Under the pieces are notes generated by a model. The model made no database searches, had not been told where the DNA came from, and saw only the letters and a list, made by a program, of their open reading frames with translations. From Chiloscyllium plagiosum (Eukaryota): 64,000 bases of DNA. Within the stretch, counting starts at the first letter, position 1. Each line of letters starts with the position of its first letter. This document shows positions 10,625 to 22,490 of this stretch, one piece after another. The stretch spans positions 34,144,384-34,208,383 of the forward strand of contig NC_057718.1 in NCBI RefSeq assembly GCF_004010195.1, written 5' to 3'. Both the position numbers and the translations under genes were made by a program.

Positions 10625-13600
10625 CATCCATTTTGTACCTACTTCCTTGCAACTTCCTGCCTCACATGAGCATAATTTTTGTCTATTTATGATAAATATC
10701 ATTCAGGAGCTGTGCTACAAAGAAAATGATAAGTCCCAGTTGTTTTATAAGACCCTTCTATACTGACACTGGCTATTGGACTCACTCCTCAAGGCCACCT
10801 CTCTCTCACCTGATGTCAACACAGCAAGTTCCTTTGATTGAACTATCTATATTCTTATCTCTCAGGGGAGCCCTGTTTCAACTAAGGCTCTCTATTCAGA
10901 AACAGAATGCTTATAAGAAAACAATGAAAAACAAACAAATGGATAAAGACGTTAAATTGAAAGTACCTCCTCCTACAGTTGACTTCCCCCTTAAGTAAAT
11001 AATGAGCTGAACCGGACAATGACTGTAACAGTAAACATTGCTGTATTGCTACAAGGTACCAGAAATAATAGAAGACTTGAAAGATGGTGTGTCCTAACAT
11101 TATTTAAAGGGAGTAAGCATCCTGCATTTGTTTTCTTTTCTTTGATGTCTTGGAGGGAAATGAGCCATAGAAATGATGAAAACAGTCAGCCATTGTTTAT
11201 ATGGAAGCATAGCCTTGATGGTCTCTATCCTGTTCTCTCTTTTTACTTCTGGGTCTTCTCTTCCTTAAACGTAAAACAAAATTAAATATTAGCCAGCTGA
11301 AGCAAGTCTCAGCCATCAACATAAGAATTCTGCAATGAATGTTGGCAATCTGTGTTAACTCCTTTCTGGAGGATAATGGCAGATGTCTGGGGGAAGAAGT
11401 CTTTTAGACAGCACCACTCATTGCAGATTACAAATGAATAGGTCAAACCCCTGGGGGGGGCACGACCTTTAACTTCTGGGTCAATTTTGCCTCATCTTTT
11501 GCCTATTATCTTAAGTAAGACTGAATGTCCGAGGATTAACTAGCTGACTTGTGCCCAGGATTGCTTGACAGCTACAACAAGGAGTTGCTTAATCAGCGTT
11601 TTATTGTTGAAGACTTCTGAGTCTCATCAAAAATGGCTGTTTGAAAGCTTTAATAAAGCTAACCATTTTTTAGTGTGGGCGATGTTTGGACATGGTTATA
11701 TGATATGTGCTGATCTGAAGCTTCCTTGATGCTGAGGCACTGGCAAAAGAATCTTGTTTTCCATTGGTCATTTTTATTACCATGGTGTTTTAATCAGCAG
11801 CCAGTTAAATTTTAAAATAACCAAACAGTTGTTCAAAGTCAGTCTTCACTAACCATAAAAAGATAAAAGAATGAAATTTGGCAACTTTTTAAATGCTGCT
11901 GTGCACCAGTTGTAGTTATATTGCAGTGAGTGTGAAGCTGAAACAGTTGGAGGCTATCATCTGGAAGTATTCTCAGGGCAATAGCCTGACTATGCTTCTG
12001 GAGTTTTCAAACCTGTGTTAAATCACACCGCTCTACTTTGATATAAAAAAAAGCTGTATGGCATAAATATCAACGGCTTTTAAACTTCTTTCAGTCTTTT
12101 ACAACTTTTTCTACTACCTTTCCTCTCCTCTGCAGGGTTTAATCCTTTGGATCTACATTTCTCTCTTTAGTCGGAGTATCCCCCATCTTAGCCTATAGGT
12201 TCCCATAGGAATTAGTTAACATTGCTCTTTGATCAACCATGAGGAGGCACACTTGATTGATGTTACTGGTTTTCATGTTTCCCTAAGTGGCCAATTTTCC
12301 TTAATTTACCTACCTGAATAGGGGAGGTGGTAGCATAGTGGTAATATCAATTCAATAGTTATCCAAAAATCCAAGCTAAAGATCGAGGAGCATGAGTTCA
12401 AGTCTCATCTAGTTCCTTCAATATTTTACTAACCAGTTTAAACACATCCACTTATGTTTCATCCTTTCAGAAACATTCTTCCTGTAGTTATAACTCTTTC
12501 CCTTTTTTTGGTAGATTGCAGAAATGAGTTTTCAGTTTCTTCCAGATAGCAATAGACTCCAATTATTCTAAAGCAGTTAAAGGAATAGTGCCTCAGTTGT
12601 TGAGGAAGCAGAAAAGCTAGAACAGGACACAGAGTGACAGTGACATGTTTGCAATGCATTGAAGTGTTTCAATGCAAAATATGTCAGACGATTGATTTTT
12701 AGCGAATGCAAAAAAGATTGCTTAAATGTTTTTCAACAAAATTGGTGCCTTCTTGAACTTGTGTTCATCCTGAATGCATAGATATCAACTTCCAGGTATC
12801 TTAGTCATATCACATGACCATTCTGCGAACCAAATTTTATTTTCTTATTCAGTTATATATAACACACTGCACATTTGAAAAAGCATATTACACTCAATGT
12901 GGGGAAACGACATGATCATGGCCTAGAGTGGGTTTTGCACAGTGAACATCACATCCATTGTTATCCCAAAGCACTGACACAAACAATAACCCCTTGGGGA
13001 TGGATGATATCCTTCCAGGATTTCCCAATCATTTTTTTACCAAAAGACTTGTGTCAAGAAGCAAAAGAAAATTAAGCTCACTGTATTATAAGAAGGCCAC
13101 TGGCTTGTGTGCAAGAAAAAGTAAGAAATCTGCTTTGAATAAATAAAACTTTTATTACCTTTGTGGTCAATGTACTCCTACTGTAAATGGAACATTCTTA
13201 TTGTAAATATTTGCAACAGGTACACTCTGACATCACTGCATAAGATTGAAAGATAGGTCCAAACACCATGTACTTCATTTAATGCTTCCCTGACCAGACA
13301 ATGGAGCAGAAAGATGTATAGTGGGGAGCCTGTTGTGTTTCTGATTTTACACAGTTATAACAAGAACTATCTTCCTGTCTGGTGGCCAATTAAAGTCTTT
13401 AAGTGACTAATTAAGGGTTTCTTACGGGTTTCACTCTGTTATTGCTGGTATTCAACCCAGTGGCACCATGGGGTTATACTCTGTGGACAAGATTCCAGGA
13501 ATATCCTCATAGGCCTGTCTGTAGTGTGGAGCATGGTAGGGGGGATAGTAGTCATTCTCTCAGGCATCTTGCGCCCGGCACAGAGATGCACTGGCTGTAG

Positions 13601-14569
13601 AAATTGTCCTGCATTTTACACCTAACCCCTGCCTGAGACTGGAAAAGGTCACAGCAGGATTACCAGTGACTCCAGCTAGTGGATTGGCAAGCTGTTGCGA
13701 CCACTAAATTCTGCTCCCTGTGTCAATTTATAATTATTCCAATAATAGAATTTGAGACTCATAGCTTAGAAAATGTCGACAGTTGAAGACACGATGTTAG
13801 CTGTATTTCTCTCATTCAACTTCACAGCCATATTTAAAATCAAAGTTAATTGTCTACTAATTTTCCGATCTGTGCAGACTCCAGCAGACAGAATGAGTTC
13901 CATCGCCATCTCTGTTGTGGTTTATCAAAGAAGCCTTTGTATCCTTTCAAGGCATTGACATGATTCATAGGTTCAAGTGTTGTCACATAAGCCTTCTAAA
14001 TACCATGGTATACGACATCCAAGTCCCATTACTGTCAAACAATAACATAACTTATTTGTAATTTATGCTATTATCCTTTCCCACAAGAGAAAGGCAAGCT
14101 GTCTTTGAGGGACAGAAAGGAATTTGTCCACCACAGATATACATTTGAAGTTGAAATTTTCATTTGCATGCACAGTCTGTAATACATCATGATCATCATA
14201 TCGTCTCTCCACAGGAATTGCTGATGTTCTCTGATGCAATGCACAGGTGTCAGCCAGCTCCCAAACTCTTGCACCAAAACCATTCTTTATTTATATACCT
14301 GTAGAATGCATATTAAACTGCCATTCCGTCATGGCAGATAGTGGTGGATACATCAAGCATTCACATTCTTGATCAATAAGAGATTAAAATTGTGACAGAG
14401 TGGAAACCTACATTGGTTCTTTTTCATTCCAGGGGAATGAAGCCAACTGTCCATCCAACCAAGATCAGCAGACTCAGCAAAGACCAGGGCTTGTGCCAGA
14501 CCTTTGTCAGTAAGTGTGGTTTGATCAGCCGTGTCTCAGTTATTGATCCTTTGAAATCCATGCCAGACA

Positions 14570-14735
14570 TTAAGCGCTCAAATCCCACTCCACAACGTGA
14601 TTAAAAAAAAATCAAGATTTATCAAAGGCTTACACTGTCAAAAGTGACTCCTTTTGGATGAGATGTTGAACTGAGGCCTGCCCTTCCAGGTGGGTGTAAA
14701 AGATTCCTTAGGACAATTTTGAAGCAAAGCCCCTT
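14570..14735 (+). mobile_element. DeuSINE (SacSINE1-like) core relic
   Basis: ttttggatgagatgttgaactgaggcctgcccttccaggtgggtgtaaaagattcc resembles the Deu-domain core as I recall it. Tail-like relics occur at about 7805, 16515 and 40165. Confidence 0.5.
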
Positions 14736-14804
14736 GGTCTTGATAGGATAGATTCTAGGATATGAAAAGGAGTGGTTACTGAGATAATGGATGCAATAGT
14801 ATGT

Positions 14805-15458
14805 AATCCAAGATGGCAACAGAGTAGGGTTCTTGAGCCAGAGCTCATCGACTCCACTTGCTTTTCTTTTCTTCTTTTTCCTCTTTTCTTACTTTCTTAA
14901 CTGCCTTACTTACATCTTGAACTCAGCTGGCATCAGGGGTGGACCTTGAGCAGACCTTGAGTGACGTCTGCGTGGAGGAGAATAGGTCCAGTGCGTGGAG
15001 GCAGCGGCAGCGATGGAGTCTGGCAATGGCTGGGACCTAGCGTGTGGAGCCATGGTCAGCATCAATAGTGGCAGTGGCTGAACTGTTACATGAGATTGCA
15101 AAGCCTGTTATACCCAGACAGGTCTTATGCCCAGTGAAGGTGGAAGCAATTCCCAGCACGGGAGAGAGCAAGCCCTCTTGGGGAAGCCCTGCTTGGAGCA
15201 TCTGCAAGCTCATGGCTCAAGAAAGGATTGTAATGTTTGACATTTTAACTTTATTACTTTAGTTTTCCACTTATTTGCTGAGAAGACTGTAATCCTGAAC
15301 TTTTTAACTTATTTCTTTATTTCTCTACTTCTGTAACTAAATGTTTGTAACTGGGTACTTGGTACCTAAGATGGCGCCATGTATGATGACGCCGATCACT
15401 TTTCCCGTATTCTTGTACTCCTTACTTGGTACACGTGACAATAAAACCTAAATCTAAA
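14805..15458 (+). repeat. Unclassified non-autonomous retroposon-like element
   Basis: Starts at CAAGATGGC, has a GC-rich middle and T-rich tracts, a second AAGATGGCG at 15368, AATAAA at 15440 and a cctaaatctaaa tail. No ORF with recognisable homology. Confidence 0.45.
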
Positions 15459-15461
15459 GCT

Positions 15462-16462
15462 AACCTTCCAAGAGTCTGCATTCTGGAAAAGTCCCAAATT
15501 ATAAGAAAACTGACAATGTGATACCTTTATTTAACAGGGAAGGAGACAAAACACAGGTAACTATAGGCCAGTTAGCTCAGCATCCGTTATTTGGAAAATA
15601 CTATAAAGGATGTAATAGCAGACCATTTAGCAATGCATGCTATGATCAAGCAGAGTCAGCATGGCTTCATGAAAGGGAAATCATGCCCGACAAACTTATT
15701 TGAATTCTTTGAGGAGATAATAAGCAGTATAGATAAAGGAGCAGCAGTCATTGTAATATATTTGGATTTTCAGAAAGTGTTTCGGTAGGAATCTTGTGTT
15801 AGACTGCTGAATAAGTTAAAAGCCCATGGTGTTAGGGGTAGTATATCAACGTGGATAGAGGATTGGCTAACTAATGGAAGACAGAAAGTGGGATAGGGGT
15901 GGCATTTTGAGAATGGCAACCAATAATTAGTGGGGTGCTACTGGAATCAGTGTTGAAGCCATATTTATAATATGTATATTAATGGCTTGGATGAGGAAAG
16001 TGCATGTACAATACTTGGGTTTGTGGATGAAACAAAAATAGGTGGAAGGCAAGTAGTGAGAATGATGTAAGGAATTTCCAGAGGGATATAGACAGGTTAA
16101 GTGCATGGACTAAAATGTGTCAGATGGATATAATGTGGGTTATGCATTTTGGCTGGAAGAATAGAAGAATTGAATACTTTTTAAATGGCGAGAAATTTCA
16201 GAAACCTACAACACAGAGGGATTTTGGAGTCCTCATGCATAAATCACTAAAAACCAACATATAAGTTCAACAAGCGATAAAGAAGGCAAATAATTGGTTT
16301 TATCCAAAAGGAAATGCAGTTTAAAAATAGAAAAGTCTAAGCAGCAAAGTCAAGAAAGTGGAGTTGAGGATAATCAGATCAGTCATGATCCTATTGAATG
16401 GTGGTGCAGACGTGATGGGCTGAAAAATCTGTTTCTGTTCTTACATCTTATGATCTTATGGT
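15462..16462 (+). mobile_element. CR1 LINE ORF2 RT fragment with 3' tail
   Basis: ORF 15591-15788 contains SQHGFMKGKSCPTNLFEFFEEI and IYLDFQK. Ends with a tcttatgatcttatggtc tail. Confidence 0.85.
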
Positions 16463-16964
16463 CTCAATGGTAAGAACCTTGGAATCCAGGTAATCTTAAT
16501 ATATCAAAAAACAGTTATTTTGTTGCTGTTGGTTGGAGCTTGCTGTCCGCAGGTTGGCTGCTAATCCTTCATAGCAATGTGGCTATGTGCAGTTTGGAGC
16601 ACTTTCTGCTCACGGAAGTGCTGAATGCAAAACTAATTTTTTTCCTTTTGTCACTCGCTGACCCAAATAGCATCTGTTCAAAATTTCTGAAGAGGATCCA
16701 ACTTTAGAAGGAAGCAGCCATGTGCAGTCAGGCTTGCTGTGGGAGCTGTGTCATCATGGGCACCACTGGAGTCATGAAGATGTAATGAATGCAGGATGAG
16801 TAGAGAGGTGTATATTATTATGTCAAAGCAAATGACCAGAACAGACAAGCTCTTGTGGTACAGTAATTGTGTTCCTATCTTTGAGTTAAGATGCCTGTGT
16901 TCAAGTCCCAACTGCTCCAGAGCTGTATGGCAATATGTCTGAATAGATTGATTAGACATAATGA

Positions 16965-17283
16965 TCAGTGGTTAGCACTGCTGCCTCACAGCGCTAAGGA
17001 CTTGGGTTTGATTCCAGCCTTGGTGACTGTCTGTGTAGAGTTTGCATGTTCTCCCTGTGTCTGTATTTGTTTCCTCCAGGTGCTCTGGTTTCTTCCCACA
17101 GTTCAAAGATGTGCAGGTTAGATGAACTAGCCATGCTAAATAGCCCATAGTGTTCAGGAATGTGTAGGCTAGATGCATTAGTCTGGGTAATAGGGGAATG
17201 GGTCTGGGTGGGGTACTCTTTGGAGGGTTGGTGTGGACTTCTTGGGACAAATGGCCTGTTTCCACACTGTAGGGGTTGTATGA
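16965..17283 (+). mobile_element. HE1-type V-SINE
   Basis: cagtggttagcactgctgcctcacag...gggtttgattcc (Pol III box-like), V-domain core and tail ggcctgtttccacactgtaggg. Confidence 0.85.
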
Positions 17284-18924
17284 AATAACTAAAGAACAGA
17301 TTTGATGGGTTTTTTTTCTGACTCTGCTTTGTAATCTAGGTTTTTGGAGAAGCCCACTTCATGTGTCCCAAATCCCAGTACAATTTGCTAATCAGACGTA
17401 AGACTAATGTATCACACTTGCTATTCCTGTCCATTTAAATGTGGCTTGGCTGCAGCATAAAACTCTCTTCATTCATTTATTCATTCCTTTTTGAGGCTGT
17501 GTTCAGGCAAACCATCCTTCACGGAGATGTAGTGATTTAACCAGTTGTAATTGATTACTTTTGTCACTCGGTGCACACTTTGCTTCTGGGGCGTTTGACT
17601 TTTTCCATAAATGCCACTCCTGCTTGCTTATTTTGATGCTTTGGTGAAGCAGACAGTTGAATTAAAAGCAAAATATTAATTGGTTTATCTGAAGATTTGA
17701 GTGAGCACTTAGTGTTGCTGATACAGGGGAGAAAGATAAAACTCCTGTCGCCAACTGCCAGGAAGACAAGCTGAGGCTGGCCGGCTGCTGGGTCTCTTTC
17801 AGGAATCTGATAAGGGCCTTCATCTCTTGGCCTGGTTGTTTTCATTCTACAATATATCTATCGGTCACTAGTTTGATTGTTGATAATGTATCACCATCGT
17901 CTTGATGAGCTCTTATTTGCTTAACCTTAAATCACTTGTAAAAGCAAAGTCAACCTCTTTGAACTTCTTTTGCTTAATGACCATTTGCAGTGGTTACATT
18001 TTACTGTGCTCAAACAAGTGCTGGTAAAATCTGTTCTCAAACATTCAAACAGATATTGAGCAATTTGAGTGTGATGAGATCAAGGTGATATCAAATGACC
18101 CAGGGCTGTCTTGATGTACCTTCACAGAATAAGTAAAACATTACATGGAAATGTCCTCATGTGTCTTTAAAATCTCCTTGATTGCCTCTGGTTTTATTTA
18201 CAATTTAGTGTGATAGGTTCTATTACTCAGATTGCTCTGCCATTGTGTTAATTCCTACACATACTCAATGATCTCCTTGTGATTTTTAGTGATGCAATTT
18301 GAATGCTTGACTGACTTGCAGCCTTGGACTGATCAAAACTAGGCGCTCTTAGATGATACAAGGGGTTTTAAACAACAGAAAGGATTTTTTTGTGGAACTT
18401 TTGAGGTTTAGCAAAGAGCTTTCCATAATATCTCTGAAAACAGTAACCTCTTTTTCTCTGATACCTGTTGCTTTGTCTTCTCTCTGGACTGGCAGATGAA
18501 TGGTTCACACAAAAATCTCCCTGAATGGTCTTTCTACCATACTGCTGATGAAATGAAATGGCAAAGAGCTACCTGACACAAACCAGTTTTATACTGTCAC
18601 ATACAATCTTCAGTCAACCCAGGTGCTCCGTAGGTTGTGGTCTTGACCTCCTGACTTTAGCATATTGCTTTTTAAATATTGTCTGCATATGCTTGACCAC
18701 ATTATGCATTCACCAATGGCTGGCAATAGGAAGCAGTCCCTTCGTACGTTCTACCAGTACCTCTGTTTAATGCAGATGCTGGCAGGAGCTGGGAAATAGT
18801 TGCTGTTGATGATGTGAAGCCTTGTGGATCTTTAATTTCCATCACTCCAACATGGGCCATGATCTTTCAGCACAGGCCTCAGCTCTGAGCTGCTTTCCTG
18901 AAGTGTCCCTGCCTTGCTACCTTT

Positions 18925-19225
18925 CTGTCATAGAATCATAGAGGTCTACAGCACAGGAAATGGCCCTTCTATCCATTGAGACTGTGCCAGACATAAAAAA
19001 GCATCGATTCTCCTGTTTTAGCCTGCTGGACAAACTTTCCTCATTCCTGAAGAAGGGCTTATGCCCGAAACGTCGATTCTCCTGTTCCCTGGATGCTGCC
19101 TGACCTGCTGCGCTTTTCCAGCAACACATCTCCGGCTATAAAAAAGCACCAAACCATTCTAATCCCATTTTCCAGTGCCTGGCCAATAGTCTTCTGTGCT
19201 TTGGCATCACAAGTACACATCTAAA
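18925..19225 (-). mobile_element. CR1/HER1 3' tail interrupted by a Penelope hammerhead cassette (19004-19137)
   Basis: catagaatcatagaggtc tail; the insertion is flanked by ATAAAAAAGCA at 18993-19003 and 19138-19148. Confidence 0.65.
19043..19080 (+). ncRNA. Minimal type I hammerhead ribozyme motif (Penelope-associated), intact catalytic core
   Basis: CTGAAGA (19047-19053), extra A, GGGC-ttat-GCCC stem II, GAAA (19067-19070), palindromic ACGT as stem III, GTC cleavage triplet (19072-19074). Stem I is short and imperfect. Confidence 0.65.
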
Positions 19226-20797
19226 CCTGATTGGAATAATTCAGACATGGAGTTCTGGGAAAGATGGGTATGGATTTGGGAAGTGACAGCACATTAAGCA
19301 CATTGGATAGGAAGAAAAGAGATTGGTGATGGCTGGGAAAATCCAGATCTTTGTTGGAGACATTTCTGGATTCACCACTGAAAAGCTGGTGTACTTGGTG
19401 CAAAACCTGCCTGTTTACTAGTCAGCCTCTAACCGTACTGTTGTACAATCAACCACTTGGAAGACTGCACACTGACTCACCTCTTTTCCTTCTCTACCTG
19501 TGCAAAATTAATTTGCCTCTGCTCAGCACTATCCCCTTGGCTTAGGGTTGTGAATTTATTAAACCAGGCATTATAAGCAGGATCCCAATATTTGGCAATT
19601 TTCAAAGCCAAAATATTTTCAGGGTATTATTGAAACAAAATGAGCCATCCTGATGTGATGATATAATGTTAAAGTTTTGCATGCAGTTCCTGGTTCTGTC
19701 TCAGGTTCCATCAGGCAACTTACATCCTCCAGCAGAATAATACCCACATTTCAAACTGAAATTGTAATTTCATGCAAAGTTTATTTTGTGCCCAAGGCTG
19801 TTACACTTATTTTTCTAATTATTTTTTAATGTTGCTTAATGATGATATCCATTGCAATGGAAATTGCGCAGCTGGAAATTACAATGTCTCTTTAATAAGT
19901 ATAATAAGTTATTACTTAACACAAGCTATTACATGTTAATGTAGAACATATTCCATTTTAACTGTGTTTCAACTTACTGGATGCTTATTGTTATCTGTGC
20001 ATACAGCTAATCTACTGTACAGGCTGTCCAATGTTCCAATAAATACATGGAGATATGATATTACCTGGAACTAGAATTAAACAAAGATCGAGCCCAATGT
20101 AAGAACCTCCAACAGAAAGTTGGTAAGAATATTATGGTGAAATTGTAATATTCTATTTTATTAAGAATGCACCATCTTTATGAATAATTCTTGAAAGTCT
20201 AATTTTTATGTTTTCCACCTAATGATACAGTGATATATATCATGCACCATTGTTTCATATAAAGTACTGCACATATCTTGGGAATGATTTCTTTGGAGAT
20301 ACATGATTGCTTCTGTGTTTCCCCTCTCCAAGAAAGGATGCTGTTGTGGATGTGGGGGTGTTGGGGGTGTTGAGGGCATCAAAATAGTATAACTGCTAGA
20401 AATGGTCACAGGGGTCAAGATGCATCATTACCAAACACCCTTCCCCAACTCCTCCATCTATTCGTGCAGCACAAGCAGCATCCCACCCTCCTGCTACTAA
20501 TAGCAACAATAATTTCATGTAGCTAATGCTAGCAACACTGTTCAATAGCCACATGCATCAGTAGATGCTCAATATTGTTATTTGCCAGTTGTACTTAAAG
20601 CTGTCCTGAAAGGAAATGAGAATTCTAACCGCTGGAGCTGCTATCATTCAGAAAAGTGTTATGCAGTGGAGAAAAAGAGGTTGCCCATGGGAGAGTGTTG
20701 GAAGATCAGGCAGTGGTCACCACTGGCCTCATGTTGTATGATAAATTCTCACCGCTGTTGGATGAGCTGGCTGCATTCTTGGTCATCATGAGATGGG

Positions 20798-21032
20798 AGA
20801 AAGTGAGGACTGCAGATGTTGGAGATCAGAGTCAAGAGTGTGGTGCTGGAAAAGCACAGCAGGTCAGGCAGCATCCGAGGAGCAGGAGAATTGACGTTTT
20901 GGACATAAGCCCTTAATCAGGAATGAGGCATCAGGCCTCGTTCCTGATGAAGGGGTTATGCCTGAAACAATGATTCTCCTGCTCCTCGGATGCTGCCTGG
21001 TTTGCTGTGCTTTTTCAGCATCACACTCTCGA
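20798..21032. mobile_element. Palindromic Penelope terminal cassette
   Basis: The inverted arm 20798-20925 pairs with the arm 20941-21032, which contains CTGATGA. An imperfect 17-bp direct repeat lies at 20784-20800 and 21033-21049. Confidence 0.8.
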
Positions 21033-21619
21033 CATCTTGAGATAGGACAGTTACCAGCATTTTCCTTTTAGTTTGGCTTGTAGAGAGTTTAATTTGTCTG
21101 GTGTGGTGGAGGAAAACCTCTAGTATCAAATGAGAAAAAGCATTTGTCTTAAACAAGATGTAGTTGATTTCATAATAACAATCAACTACAAGTTACTTTG
21201 ATATGATTGATGTTGTTATCAAGACTATGAGGAGTTCTAAATTGTGGGTCAATATTCCTTAAGAATTCTGAGCTCCTCTCCCACTCATAAATGTTATGAC
21301 ATTATCATTTTGGGTGAAGTTCAATGTATTCCTCAGGCATTAACCCTTCCAGAATCAAACACCTTATGCAGGAGACTATACAAGCAAAAATACTTCCCAA
21401 AGTGCCACCAGGAGTCTTGGGTGAAGGAGGTGAAAAGCCTACTGATACTCCCAAATCTGGGAGCAACTGGCCTTTGCTGAAGGCTTATCAAGGAATATTA
21501 AATCTGAATTTTATCAAATACATTTTATCTGAAGGCTATCAATGAATAATCAAAGATTATTCTGACTTTGAAGAATGAAGTTAGGTGTAACTCTAGGAAT
21601 CTGATTTTGGCTACTATGC

Positions 21620-22490
21620 CGCAGAATCAAAGAAGTCTTATGGCACAGAAGGAGGCCATTTGTGCCTTTGAAGAGAGCATCATTATTTAATGTAAATCTG
21701 CTTTCTTCCCCTATCCCTACACATTATTTTATCCAAATAATTATCCAATGCTCTCTTGGATAGCTCAGTTGCCTCCACTACATTTCCAAACAGTGGATTT
21801 TACACCATACCCAGTCGCTGTGTGTAAAGGGTTCTTCTTTTCACCCTTGCCTCTTTTGCAAATCATTATAAGTATATGCCCTCTCATTCTTGTGCATTTT
21901 ACAAGCAGGAATAGTTATTCCCTTTCCACTCTATCCATGATTTTGAAAACTCTTCTCTCTAGGAGAACAGTCCCAACTTCTTCAAACTATCTTCGTAACA
22001 GAATAATTCTTGCAAACTGCTTCTGTACTCTCTCCAATACATTCACATCCATATAATGTGACCAAGAGAACTCAACATCCAGTACACAATAGTCCAGCTG
22101 AAGTCTAACAAGTGTCTTATACACGTTCAACAATACTTACTTGCTCTTACAATCGTTCCCTTAAAAATAAAGCTGAACATATTGTTTGCTTTACTTACTG
22201 TTCTCCTCACACATATATATATATATATATATACAGGTCCATTTGTTTCAGCATTCCACTTAGAACTGTATCTTCTATTTTATTCTGTCTCTTAATAAAG
22301 TGGTTCTTCTTACCAAATTACATCACCCCATGTTTCTCTGCTTTAATCCTCATCTGCCATCTAAATGTCTACTCTATCAACTTGACTATGTCCTTTTGGA
22401 GTTCCATACTATCCTCCTCCTCAGTTTACAAATTCTTCAAAGTTTTGTATCATCTGCAAACAATGAAATTGTCCCTGCACACCCAAGATT
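21620..22490 (-). mobile_element. Old CR1 LINE 3' fragment with internal (TA)n
   Basis: Reverse-strand FADDTK-like (gtatcatctgcaaac) and EYCVQF-like relics; (TA)n at about 22213-22233. Confidence 0.6.

Noticed and set aside
16965..17040. tRNA-like sequence
   Set aside because: It is a SINE head followed by the V-domain and LINE tail, not a tRNA gene.
20582..20916. ORFs that looked exon-like
   Set aside because: They run into the Penelope terminus and show no identifiable homology.
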